Positions 11,606 to 25,117 of a DNA stretch of 64,000 nt are shown here, piece by piece. Position numbers and translations under genes: made by a program. Below the pieces are notes generated by a model that saw only the letters and a program-made list of their open reading frames with translations, did not search any database and was not told the DNA's origin. Position 1 is the stretch's first letter. Every line of letters starts with the position of its first letter. The DNA is from Trichosphaerium sp. ATCC 40318. Lineage: Eukaryota > Protista > Tubulinea. The stretch lies in contig JALMLS010000277.1 of the NCBI GenBank assembly GCA_038496445.1, positions 310,001 to 374,000 on the forward strand, given 5' to 3'.

Positions 11606-13273
11606 TTACTTTGTACAACTGCTGACAAAACTAGAAATCTTTTTATCAAACAAAAACTGTCTAAAATAAACATAAGAACTAGCTTATCGTCTGGAACACA
11701 AACCAAAAGAAATATACGGATGAAAAACACGCACCCAATTTTGCTAGCCATTAACGGTGCTTCCCATCTTGGACTATAAGGATAGTTCTTGCTTATATCT
11801 GTAATACTATTATACGAAGGAGTGATATCCATACAAGACAGAAGTTGTATACGTGGCTGCACAGCCGGGAAATTATCACCCATGTCAACTATAAATGTCA
11901 AATCAAACCAAGAGATTCTTTGTTGCCACGCACATTTTACCATGACTGGGTACTTTGATTGTACGACTAAAAAGCTGGCTTTCTTTCCTTCGATAGTATC
12001 ACACTCAAGAGGGCTAAGATAGTAGTTGGTGAGAACAACTAGTAATATGAGCACAGTAGAAATTTACATACCTGCAGCCAAGTTCTTTTGCTAAGTTTCT
12101 AATAAGTTGCTTTCTTAATTTGACTTTTTGGAATACTCTATCAACAGCTTTAGTTGCTTCATCTATGTGTAATGTAAGATCATAGTTTTCTTCATCACTA
12201 GGCCAAATTGGCGCTGCCTACAGGCTATGTTAGTAAAACACCTCAACATAGGGGAACATACCACTTTAGGCATCTTTACATACTTTGTTACCCGCTCGGG
12301 CCAGTCTAATATCGTTCTATGTGATGAATTGTTCGATCCAAGTTTAAATGTAACATCTAGAACTGGTGGAGGAAGTTTGCTTTTTTTAATACCAGGAAGT
12401 AGTTCTGTTTGAAAAAACAATGAGCGAATGCTATATTTATGTTTTTTAAATTGGTACGCTTTAAGTTTGTGTTTGTGAAAAAGTGGGTCCACTTGACATC
12501 AGACAATGGAATTCTAACTATTATTTCCTTGTCTTTTTTCTCATAAAGAAACTCTACACCCTACAGAAAATTCAATCCAAATTGTGTTAAGTCAACAAAA
12601 TTAGTTTGAAAAAAAAAAGCAATGCTTGTTGTCCTACCGGCAATCCCATTATAATTTCACATTGTGTTCGAATACTACTAGTTCCATTTGGATAGGTGGA
12701 AATGAGCGATATTTGTTTCTCCTATCGAACTAATGAGAAAAAAACCGCAAAAATTTTGACACATTGCAATTTGTTTTTGACACGCCAGTTTCAGTGAATT
12801 GGCGACATCAGTTTTAATTACAATTTAAACACGTGTCTTGTGTTGTTAACGCACGCAAATAAGTGATTTAATCTCATCTAGTACATTATACAAACAAGAC
12901 TTGCTCTTGCAATCCCAAGAAGAAATTGACTTTAAATTTTCGTATGCAACGTTCATATCGCAGTTGTCACTGAATAAAATGTCCGGTGGTACTTGCAGTT
13001 GATCTGCATCAAGCATAATTATAACTACAATCAAAATTAGCTGGTACTACACTTCAGAAAGGATGGTTTTGGGCCGTTGCAACTCAAAATGGTTGAGAGT
13101 GAGTATGTACCTTTATACAGCTTTCTACAGTGTCGCAAACCATAGGTTAGTATGTTAGAGAACTCTCCGCTCCTTTTACTACACGCATAGGCGCATAACT
13201 CAAATTTTCCTGCGCCCACGCGTGTAACATACGCCAACTGGTTGCTGAATCCTGGTAGGCGCGGTTTACTCAT
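11606..13273 (-). CDS. BABAM2: BRE/BRCC45 (BABAM2) homologue, multi-exon
   Basis: UEV-type PPDILF and FPAVQP segments and the diagnostic C-terminal NYPYSPRW. Confidence 0.85.
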
Positions 13274-13519
13274 ACCATGTGCCTACAAAGCGCTTAATCG
13301 TTATATTTGTCAGGTGCTACTGCCCAAACGTGTAGTACAGCGCTATAACTCCTTAAAAATGACGAGTAATAGCGATCAAACTCGTTAACACTATTTCACC
13401 GTTGTAACGCACGTATTCTATCAAAATATGTACTACGGTACGCAGTTTTGCTTAGAAAAATGTTTTGTAAACGAACCTTGCTGTTTTTAGATAATTGGCT
13501 TGTTTGTTTACTAATGCAC

Positions 13520-16500
13520 TCAGTAGGTGAACTGAAGGGTACAAAAGGCAGAAGGGTTCAAAATTATTTGTTTTAATTAAGTCGCGCGTCCTTTACTTAC
13601 AGTTACAACATGTCCACAACCTGAAGGACAATACTCGCTTTGTTCGTACCACGAACTTAAACAAGCCAAATGACCACCATGACCACACGCTTGACTCCAC
13701 ATGCACAGACCTTTTACAGGTTGAGCACTAACAGCAAGTTAGATTGAAACATAAAAGTAAATCATAACTCAAACTTACCATAGCGCGCACAAGTTTAATG
13801 ATCCTGGAGGTTGGCCAACTGTAATCCCTGAGCGCTGCAAAGCGTTAGTGAAGAGGATACCATTTGGACTTATATATGAGTACCTTGAATGGTGCTTGTA
13901 TGGATAGAATATCACAAGCATTAGCCACTTCAACTGCAGCACTAAACATTTGCTTTTGTTGTAAAATAGCTTGAAACAAAAGTAAGCCTAACCTAAAACC
14001 ACCAATCTTGGGTTGTAAGAGGTGTACTACGTACATATATATGCAGTAAACCATCTCTCTGGAAGATCATCTAAATGCTGTGCTAACTTAGGAAATACTA
14101 GAAGCATGTACACAGGTGTTTGTATATCTCCTCTGTCAATATGCAACTAATCATTTGTAAGCACGTGGAGGTTTTTTGAGGTTTCCAAAAAACTGATGGA
14201 AACTATTTGAGCGTACCTTCATTGCTTCTATGATAGATGGTGTGAAATCCATCTGAACTTCTATACTTGTTTTTAGTTTGTTACTTAGTTAAAATAGTGG
14301 ATTGAGATTGAGAATAATACCTGTGAATGTAGGTAATTGTTGTACTTGTCTTATCCCGTCAGAACTTTCTAATGATGTCTCTTCCTAATACATTGTGAGC
14401 ATGCTAATTATATTACAATTGCATTTATTATAAGAGACGCACCTCGTTTGGCATTGCCATGAGAGGTCGAAAGGGTTCCTAAATAACAATAATAAGTACT
14501 TCTGTGGTCTAATAAAAAGATTTGTACAAAGGCTATATCTAATCCAATAGCTAGATTAGAGTCATCATATGAGGTATCAGGATAACTTTCAAGCTCCAAG
14601 TAGTCGTCATTTTCTATTTGTTCATGTTAAGGCTTGAATCTTGTATCACTAAGTCGCGTACCAGGAAATGAAAAAGTCTTGTTCAGCTCCTATTTTTTTG
14701 ATAAGTAAGTTCAAACAAAACAAGAAGCACTTTACTAACAAGTACAGTAACACGTACGTTTGGTGAAACAGACATATGAAGGGTAGGCGAAGGAGATATT
14801 CCTTTACTTCTACTCAAAGGAGTAGCAGCTCCTGTTACTGTACATTCAGGCACACTCATAAGTGGTCCACCTAATCTCACTGATTAATAAAAATAAATAT
14901 GACGTGTTTTAAGTGTACCTATGGATAGTTTTAACAAATTCCACAGTTGTGCAATGTTATGCTGCTTAACACTTGTAGCAACCTAATTATTATTATAAAG
15001 GTTATGTAAGGTATTGTGTACCATAGAATTGAGTTGACACATCTCTGATGGCCTCACTCCCGAATAGACATAATGTTTTGCAAAATATTCAAAAACTGAT
15101 ATTTTTATATCTGAATCTCTAGATGTCTTTTCGGCGTCATGTACAAGGTTTAATAATCCACGTTTTGAAGGTTGAGATTCAGACCACTTCAAAGCTACTG
15201 ATGCGGATCTTCTAAAACTCAAAATTTAGCTTCTGGTATCAAAAACCAAAAATAGGATGTTACTAACGTTGTGATAGTTGGATCTTTGTCTATTGGCTCA
15301 GATACTGCTGCAAGGTTTCCATGTGAGTCCCAACATGCTGAAGAACTAGGTACATCCATGTATGGTAGTTTTGTTTCCTTTGATCTCAAAGACTGCCGTA
15401 AAACAGCACCTAACAATCGGTTTGGTTTTTTGTCGATGAAAAAAGAACTTTAAAATGTGGCGTACTGTCTTTACCACAGCTCACAATATGATCACTGTCT
15501 AGATGCCATAAGAAACCTGTTATAACATCGGAATGACCTTCCATTGATGCTATTGGTATGTAATGTTTGTTAATATCCCATAAATGAATGGAGTTATCTC
15601 CAGTTGAAGCACATGATGCGATTTGTGTTGTACGTCCAGGACGCCAAGCAATTATGCCAACACTGAACTCAAAAATAAGAAGACATACGCATATTGTATA
15701 CAGAGGATGAGTAGATTCTTACCAGTCTATAGTTTGAATAACAACTTGAGGTTTAGGTTGGAAACTGCGAATATCCCAAACTTTTATAAATCCATCTCGA
15801 CCACCCGAGGCAAGCAAATTAGAAATTTCAGGATGCCATGCTTTTAATAAAAAGGTTAGTTCCTGCATAAGTATTGTCCAAATTCCACATTGTTTGTTTG
15901 TTAAAAGAAGAGTACATACCAACTGTTCCAATGTTATTTTTATGTGCCAGTAAAATAGAACCAAATGGCTCGCTCGGCTTTGCAGTATCCCAAACCTCAA
16001 TATTACCATTCTCAAGGGCAGCAACAAAACTAGAAGGATAGTGTGGACTGAATTGAACAGACCTTACACCTGCTGATTTGTCTCGTGTAGAAAAAGTCAA
16101 AACACTTGGATTAGGATCTCTGATATCCTTTTAAAAAAAATCAGTTCATAAGAAACCGACACACCTCCATTCAGGAAAGAGGTAGCGTACCCACTGTTTC
16201 ACCAATCCATCTTGAGAGGCACTAATAAATATGTGCATAGACTCTGGTTGCCATCTGACGCAGTTAACAGCACGATTATGCGCTTCGTTGTAAACTCGTT
16301 CTGACACATGTCAAAATAGATTAACCGGCTTTAAAGACGCTCACCCAGTTTCTTTGACTTCGCATGTATATTCCATAAGCCCAGAGAGCCATTTGTTGCC
16401 GCTGTTACTATGTAATCAATATTTTGAGCGTTCCACGCGCAATCATTGCATCTCTGTACTGCCTTGTCTGTGCGGGCGCGCAAATGCGCATGTTCTGTAA

Positions 16501-16756
16501 GTTCGTTACTAGCTGAATTATACTGGACAATTTTAAGGACTTCACGTCCAGCTATGCATAACCTACCAACATTGTGTGTTAAACTCAAGTAAAACAATTC
16601 AGTTTGTTACAAAAAACTAAAAAGAAGTGTACCTGTCACCACCAGGGCACTCAGAAATTGCTGATATACGCGGTTGCCCTTCAAACTGCAAACGTGCGCT
16701 CCTAAAAAAAATTAGTACGGGATGAATATCACAGCGTTGTATTTACATAGTGACAT
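13520..16756 (-). CDS. WDR24: GATOR2 subunit WDR24/Sea2, multi-exon
   Basis: IAGREVLKI, TAATNG, HNRAVN, SQDG WD40 repeats; C-terminal QPVKGLCMWSQACGHGGHLACLSSWY...CPSGCGH RING-like finger. Confidence 0.88.
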
Positions 16757-16942
16757 GGACTATAAAGTTACGTTCGCGGTTGTGGCAATTTACAGAATTA
16801 TTGACTGGTTTTTACCACATTTAAGTCCGTTTCTTCATTTACCCGTTATAGAACAACGTAAGGAACCTCGACCTTCTCGGGAACGCCTAAACGGCTTTGG
16901 GAATAATGAACGGACTACAACTATCATAATTAAAACAATTTT

Positions 16943-18329
16943 ATGGAAAACAACCCCACAACGCCTTCATCAGAATCTCCCCGCAATGGACTGATCAAGG
17001 AAGGCACATTATACAAAAAAGGATGGATTAGTTGGGAAAAACGGGTTTTCAAGTTGGATAACAAGTATCTACGTTGGTATAAACCTGTACGCTTCGCATT
17101 TGACAGATTATTTTCTTTAATTGTTTTTAAGGCTTGTTCTGAACAGTCAGGCGCTATCCTACTAGCCTCCGTTTCCGGTATGGCAATAAATAAACATCAA
17201 ATACGGCAATTAATCAGTTATTAATATAGATGTATCTGTATGTGATGATCTAGCAGAAAAACGTACCAACACGTTTGTTATTACAATAAAAAAGCAAGAA
17301 ATACTGACGGTTACCCATTATCTGCAATGTGATACAGAAGATGACATGAACCTGTGGATAGCAACCCTTACCACTACTTGTGCCAACAGCGCTTTGCCCA
17401 GCGAAGCCAACCAAACCGTAAAGGTGCGCTTCAGACACGGATTTTGTTTTTCAAATCTCAACGCGTGTAATGTATCTGCTGGTCTCTGATGGTACTTAGG
17501 AGTCACCTACGATGGATGGGACGCGACCTAGACGGTCATCATTTAGATCTATGAAGAGTAAACTTATAGCTAGAGTTACTGGGTCTATGCTTGGTAAAAG
17601 GCTACTAAAACAATTCACAAATGGAGACGCTATAGCAGTACTGGAGATTCTCAAAGCTGCAGTCATCTTGAACGGCGTCAGCAAAACAAAAGTGAGTTGA
17701 AAGAACTTTGTTTTTCTTTTTCTTTTCTTCTGTTTTTAAGTCTATTATACTACGTCCTCGTCGCTCTCGTCTTTCTAATACATATTCATTAGGCTAATTA
17801 CCTTGAAAAGTCTGTTCTAAAAGCTACAGGGTTTATTGTTTCTTTTATTCAAGACAAGGAAATAGAAAAAAATGAGATATTAAAACTAAGAGATCCATTG
17901 TTTACTTTATGGAGTGATGCTATTGATATGATGGAGTTATCTTTTGCTTTTGATGTTGATCAATTATCTAAAGATATATGTAACCTTGAAGATGCATGTA
18001 CACTGGTACTAAGCGTGTTTTTGCCGATTAACATCCAAAAAGAGGTACAAACTTTTAAAACCAAAAAAACAGCTTTTTTGAGACCTAGTTCGAACATCCT
18101 AGTCTATAATTGTGTTATATCATTTTCATTGCAGATCACTGCAATGTCACCAAGCTTTGTTTGAAAGAGGCGCTTACTGTTATTGTAGTTGACGTTTCTT
18201 TTCGAAAATTTCAAGAATAAAGAATTTTTGCTTGCTGCATGGAATGATGACAACACAGAACTGTATGAACTTCGTAAAAACCTGAGAGAAGTACTAAGAC
18301 GATCCTGGGATCTTGTATTTTTCAACTAG
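16943..18329 (+). CDS. PH domain fused to TNFAIP8/TIPE (DUF758) domain
   Basis: IKEGTLYKKGWISWEKRVF PH start; second half (KSKLIARVTGSMLGKRLL...ANYLEKSVLK...SFAFDVDQLS...FKNKEFL) follows the TNFAIP8 helical pattern. Confidence 0.72.
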
Positions 18330-18601
18330 GTGTCCATGTAGGGCCACTTAAAACTAGAAAGCAAAAAATTGTACATAAGCTTAGCATCGAAAATAAAATC
18401 CTTTTGATTGCCATAAGGTTGCGTAACCGTATGGTCCTTTAGTTGGGCAGGTACTGGTATGGCAATTTATGATATATACACTCAAGTAGGTAATGAAAAA
18501 TTCCGTATTTAAGAAGCTTCTACTTTGTTATTACATCTAGTACAAAAAAATTCAACCCAAATTTTTTTTCAGGTTTTGGGAATGAGCGATAAAACACAAG
18601 T

Positions 18602-21506
18602 TTACTCTCCTTCAGCGTTCATCCATTGTGCCCCGTAGTGTTTCTCATGATGAGCTGCATGATCATTTGGTCTATAGCGATTGTATACGAAATCATGACC
18701 AAAAAGGTTATTGTCTAGAATACAAATTATTTTTTCTTCAAAAAAAACTGTGATGGATTACCTTTCAACATGTACTCTTCCCAATGCCCTTCAACGACAC
18801 CAGCTCCTTGTAGATCACCCTTAACAGGATTAAATTCTCTATCAGGATCTGCAGTTTGACCCAATACACCTGTGCAAAAAAAGTTACTTGGAGTCACGTG
18901 ATCAATGTAAAAAAAAAAAACAAAACAAAAAACTAACCATGTGGTTTAGGACCGCCAGCGCTGAACGCATATTTAGATTTAAAGTTGATATGGCACGTTG
19001 AGTGCCTAGATTCGCTGAATCTAACACGGAATCTATAAGGCGCTGCGTCGATTATAACGTGATTATTTGCACGTCTTTGGACTTGACCATATTCAAGCCA
19101 TGTTTTACCACGAGCTAGTGGTTGTCCATTCAATTTGATAACTACATCAAAAGAATCACGATCACATCCGATAAAAAGTTTATCATCTCCTTAAAATAAA
19201 AAGGTCAGAAGACAGACAACAAAAGCCATCTTTGAAGTAAAAGTAAAAAAATCGATTGAATTTCTGGGTACCTAGCAAGAAGCCTAGTTCTCCCATGTAT
19301 GTTTTTAGTTTCCCTTCACGTAGGTTGGCATCAATAAACAGGGAATTTAGCTGAAAGTGCACATCGCTGACCAAGTTAAAGAATTTTCCCTTTTCTCCGT
19401 GAAAGTCGTCTAAAAAATTTGGTTTGAAAATAATGGTTTTTAGCTTCATCGTACATCTTTGATTTCTGAATCCTATAAAATGTGGATCACCAGCTACTGA
19501 AGAACAAGCAAATGCCTCGTCCTCAGTTGCAGTTCCTGGAGCATCAAATCCAGACATAACACTACAAACTCTTTCAAAAAAAAATCCCACAACTTTTTTT
19601 TTCTAAATAAAATCTTACGTTGTTGCGCCTAATGTAAGAGACGTGCTATCAAGTACAGCCATATTTATACCTTCCCTTGAAAGAAACGCATGTTAATAAA
19701 AAAATTCAAAACGTTTGTTCATGCTGAAGTTTTCTCAAAAATTTCCGTACCCGGAACCAATACCAAACTGAAGAGATGAAATCTGTGCATAACTTGTTAG
19801 CTAATCAAATGTAGTTCCCAACGTACAAGAGGTGAACTAGCACCATTCCCAGTTAGGCCAATACCGAATGGGTTTGTATTAGGCTCAGCAACATAGTCTG
19901 CAACCGTAGTCGAAGGACTCAGCCATTGCTTACACAAATTAATCACGTGCATCTTGATAAAAAAAAGGTATTCAAATTTGAAAGAAAATCTGACGTACTT
20001 GAAGACTTCTTTGTGTACCACCTGTGTCTGCAAACGCTGTTACAGTAACAGTACCCAGAACACCAAGTGTAGGGAATAAGTCGTTATTAATAGCATTTTG
20101 CAATATCGTTCTTTGCGCCGGAGTGTCTTCTAAATTTTAACAAGTTAATAAACGAATGACACCGACGAAAAATCGATAAATAGGATGCAGTTGTCAAGTA
20201 ATTACTCAAAGAAAGTACAAAAGTATTCAACAAACAGAGAAGCAAAAAAATAAGAACTACAATATAATATTTTTGTTGTTCCTAGGTACTTGAGTCTATT
20301 CACGTACGGTTTATAAACACAAATGGATCCCCTGGTGAAGAAGGTGTACCAAGCGTACCAAACCAGAATACATTCGCGATCACCCACTACAAAAAAAGGA
20401 CTGGTAAGCGTAGTCCAGCACAACAGAAATCGTATCAAAAATTGTTAAAAAGAGTTCATAAGTTTGGTAAATATTCTCCCACTATTTTTTGTTTTGAACT
20501 GTTTCTCGTACCCCGCTAGTTGCAAAATCTATGCTCTCATCATGAAATACGTTAGGAGATGTATCGGGTGGTAAATAGACGAAATTAGCCCCGAAGTTTG
20601 TTATTGGGTTGTAAGTGATAAATTTAGCAGCTATAGGCCCACCAGTAACTGTACTTTTACCCCTACACGTGGCATAAGATTAAAACAACATTTACTGCAC
20701 TAGACGAGATATTTTGTGCACAAAACAGCAAGTTTGATAAGGGTTTATCTCGGAACTTTATAAAGGTCGTACCAAGAATAGTCCCATTGAAACGTGTTGT
20801 CCACGGGGCCAATAAACGCAAAGTTACATCTATCTTAATCACAAAGTAAGAACATGGCGGAGTAGGTAGGAAAAAAATCTATCCATCTGAACGCTATGTA
20901 CCTGCTATGAACTCATAGGTGATCTAAAAAGAGATGTCAGTAAGCTGTGAAGTAAAAAAGGCACTTCTAAACATTTTGTAAAGTAAGTAAATTTGTAGCC
21001 CGAGTTTTAGAAAAATAAACATCTATTTCAGCATTCAATTGCGTACCCTGTCTCCACCAACATCATCATTCATTTGAACCTAAACAAACTACCGTTACGA
21101 CCAAAAAAAATCTAGTTACAATCTCCTTACCAACCCACTACGCATTGTTACACCAAGTGTGGTAGTTGCTGTGGTCATGTGAGTAGCTGTAAATAGAAAA
21201 CTGTGATGGTACCTTGATGAAAAAGCTCAGTGTTATCAATGCCGAACGTGGATCCTCCACCAGCTATAAACCATCCTTTTAAGACGTAAGAAACAAGTTA
21301 TAATGAGCGTTTCCAAATTGTTTTTTGTAAAGTCGGGTTATTTGATCAAAACATCTGTGTGTGCTTTATATTATACCATCAATGAACAAACTGCCATCAA
21401 ACGGTGGCTCAAAACTTATGTCATCGTACAATCCATTACCAACAAGTCTAGACTTTACAGCCACTGCTAATAGTAGCAATGATACGAGCGAACGCAATAA
21501 TAGCAT
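18602..21506 (-). CDS. Secreted multi-exon protein with C-terminal VWD/root-cap-like domain
   Basis: Signal peptide MLLLRSLVSLLLLAVAV; VAGDPHFIGF..DFHGEKGKFFNLVSD..QLNSLF and HG|VLGQT motifs. Confidence 0.72.
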
Positions 21507-21810
21507 GTGTAACGTATTGCCTTGCGCGTAGTCACCCGGAATCACATGTAAACACAACAATACCAAAACACAAAAAGTTGTCCACGTTTCACTTTAACAA
21601 AAAAGCAAGTACAATTTACAGCGTCACATCTTGTCATCAACCCAAATACTCTGTGTATGAGTACTCGGATCTTACTTTGCTTAGCGACTATTTCACCTGA
21701 AAATAAACTTGCTTTGTTACCGCGAAAGGTGGGTCAAAAATCATTTTCTCGAAGTTTTTTTTTTATTGTTTGTAGAAAACACAATTTGTGTGTTGGTTAA
21801 ATTACAATAG

Positions 21811-24197
21811 TTATGATGTCTTTCCTAGCTTTTGATTTACTATTTCAAGCTTTTTATCATAGTCTTCAATAATTGAATCATACTACGAGTGAATAGGGTG
21901 AGCAGATGAAAAAAGACTGCGAAAATTGAAAAGAAGTGCAAAACTAAATGAAATGTTCTGGTTGTGTACCTTCTTCATCCTCTGTTGGAATAAGTACTCT
22001 GCAAACTTCTTTTGTTTGTCTGTTAATCTGTTATACTGTGCAGTTTGTTTTCCTTTATTATATCTATATACAACGTAAAAAAACAAAGAAGATCGTCTCG
22101 AACTTAAAAAAAAACTACCAAAAAATTCCTAAAATGATTTCAATGTACCTTGCTATCTCTCTATCTTGCTCTAGAGCCCACTTGTCGCTCTTTAGATAAC
22201 CAGGATCTCCTGATTCTTGTATTGTTTTTATTTCCTCACATTTTTCGCGAGATGCATGACAATGGTATTTAGTTTGTCTCTTTGGAGGAAGACTTTAAAA
22301 AAAACCGTCAGAAAAATTTTGCAGTTTTAGAGTCTTTCTGACGTACTCCAAGAATGCTTGCTTTTCTTCCTCGTCTACGTCTTTATAATAATCATTTTCT
22401 ATTCTTTTAGCTACAACAAAACTTTTATCTTTAAACCAAGCCTTCTCGAATTGCTAATAATGGAAGGTTAGAAAATAATTTTGTGTATTGAAAAAACTCA
22501 AACGTTTTTTCTGTTTTATTTTACGCACCAAGACTTCATCAACATCCTCAACATTCCAAGGCCTGAAATGCATTTGTGCGAAGCTTTAAAACGTGTTATT
22601 TAATTAATTAGTAATAAAGTGAGGCATCGTACTGGTAGAGGGAGTAGCTAATATAATAATTAGAACAGAACGAAGAAAATCAAAAAATTAAGTGTTTTTT
22701 CGTGAAAAACGTGAATTGAATACTTACTTATATCTTTCTGGCTGGTATCGCCACTGTGTGAAATGTGTAGGTATTACTTCTATACCAGCAAGTATAGGGG
22801 ATACAATAGTAAGTCTCCAACCATAGTAAGCATTTATTAAAGCTTGATCAAAAGGACCAACTTGACTGTTATCTATGTCTCTCATAAATTGGAAACTAAT
22901 GTACATTAGTGCTTACGCCATTTTCTCTTTGTTGCTTTACCTGGACTTTGGAATTTCCTTTGCAAGCTGAATCATGCCTTCAAAGTCTTCCTCTGAAGGC
23001 TCAATAACGAAGAAATCACCATTCACTGTTGGACCCAAGTATGTTGTCTCCCAAGTCCTAAATGAATTAAAACAAAATAATCGAAAAGATTTGGTGGAAA
23101 CAAGTTTTCAGTCCTGACAGCCTGACGAACCCTTAAGGGCTGGCGGATTGCACGCAATCCACTAATGCGCGCTAGTAATTTACAGACGTTTTTTGCAATC
23201 AGTGCAGATTTTTTAGGAGTTCTCCGGCTACATTCAAAAATCCAAAAAGGTACCATGTGTCAAAAACACCACAAGGGGGTGGACAAAGCATTACTTGATC
23301 AATATTTCTTGTAACGATACAATCAGCACCGATAAAGGCTACAACATCATATCCAGTTATTTTCCACACGTGCATTTTGATAAAAAATCCTAAAAAGGAT
23401 TTTAGTTTTGAATAAATAAAATAAATTTTTCACTCCTACCAGTTTCCTTGTCGGATAGCTCAACATCAATTTTATCAGTAAGAGAATCTTTGTCTATCCA
23501 TATAATCTTTGTGAAATGTTTTTCAAGTAATGGTGCATACTGTTTACCAGTTTCACGTGTCATGATAAGAATCCTTTTGGAAAAAAATGTTACTATTTTT
23601 TGCATAATTTATTTTTCCGTGGTAGAAAACACAAAAATTTTGCTAAACAATCAATAAAATGACATGTTTCATAAAAAACTCATAAAATACCTACCTGTCA
23701 TATTTCGTCTCAACACGCTTTAAAGAGTAAGCCAGTAGCAGTGCTCCTCTTATATAGTTTGGTCCATGTACTAGGGTTACCCAAGCAGCCTTTTTAGTAT
23801 TGACAAACGTAGAAGAACCGATTTCGCCATAAATTGTTGTTTTATCTGTTTCTGTGATAACCTCTTGCGTATTGTCGGCGACAGAGACTGTTGGCGCATC
23901 TGATAGAAGAATAAGAAACGTTGTTGTTAAAGAAAGTTTTTTTAATTGTTTTACGCACCACTAGAGCTATTCCTTACTGTCCACACGATAACGAGTACTT
24001 GAGCTATCACCAAAGCGACATGGAATATAAACCATGGCTGCGACACCGCTTTGCTCTTTTGTTTCTGGTTTAAACGTAGGGAAGACCGCATAGTAAACGT
24101 GGCACGATACGTGAAAAGTCAACTTTAAGCGACCAGAAATTGCACCAAAACACGTGATAAAATATCTCGGTAAAAATTGTATCTCTTTAAATTCCAT
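21811..24197 (-). CDS. Type II membrane glycosyltransferase family 8 (glycogenin-like)
   Basis: YDVVAFIGADCIVTRNIDQV, NGDFFVIEPS, FDQALINAYY, HFRPW motifs. Confidence 0.8.
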
Positions 24198-24509
24198 TGT
24201 TTACTTATTCCTATTTATGAGAAGCTGGGAATGTGCTTTTAGCACAATGTGGCGTAGATACGTTCGCGACATGACGAGTTTCATGAGAATGTTCCGCGTT
24301 TCGGCGTGGGTTACGAAAATTATCGTATTTCTGTTTAATATCTTTGCTAGCCACCAAGTGTTTTAAATACTTCCAACCTGTTTAAAGTACAATTTTGTAT
24401 CGATTCATGGTTCAAAGCGTGCCTTTGAGGACTTTTAAGCGATATAATTTTTGAACAAAAAAAAGGTCCAGATTGTTGTCACTAAAACAAACAAAAGTGT
24501 TTGGTTTAG

Positions 24510-24921
24510 TATGTCCATGCGTAGGTAAGGCAACTCATACATTATTACATCTTTTTGTGTTGTCAAAAGTTACAAAAAAAACCGATTAACAACTTTGTTT
24601 GGCATAACTGTGTAGTGCTACATTGTCATTATTTCGACTTTTGCAAACTGTCTGGTTAGCGCAAGAAAACTCATACTTTTCGTAACACTGCCTTCCAAAA
24701 AAGCTAGCTGAAGAAAAGGGAGAGCTACAAGAACTTGATAGATACCAACTAATGTACCATTTCTTATTATTGCAAACAAGCAAGATTTGATAAACGTAAA
24801 ATAAACAGAATCACCAACAGAAACTTTTAAGAGTTATTTTTCGTTCGCTGATGAACGAGCTTGGACAGTCATTGGATGCTCTGCTGGAACAAGTGAAGAT
24901 ATTTCAAAAGTAGAAGAATAA
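24510..24921 (+). CDS. Possible small multi-exon hypothetical gene
   Basis: ATG plus GT/AG-bounded open segments (LAEEKGELQELDRY; open frames at ~24810-24921); reading frame not resolved. Confidence 0.25.
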
Positions 24922-25117
24922 TGTTTCGTCTCAAGTACGTAACACAATCTTAAGTGTAACCAATACGATTGTGATCACCACATACGAATGTAAAGCAAGG
25001 ACCCACTGTGCATTGTGACTCTCACTGGGCTTTGTTATGACGGTTAATCAGAATACATGTCATACGACCTACAGAAATGTATGGAAATCACTCCATGTTT
25101 TATTGTTCGCTCTTCGT

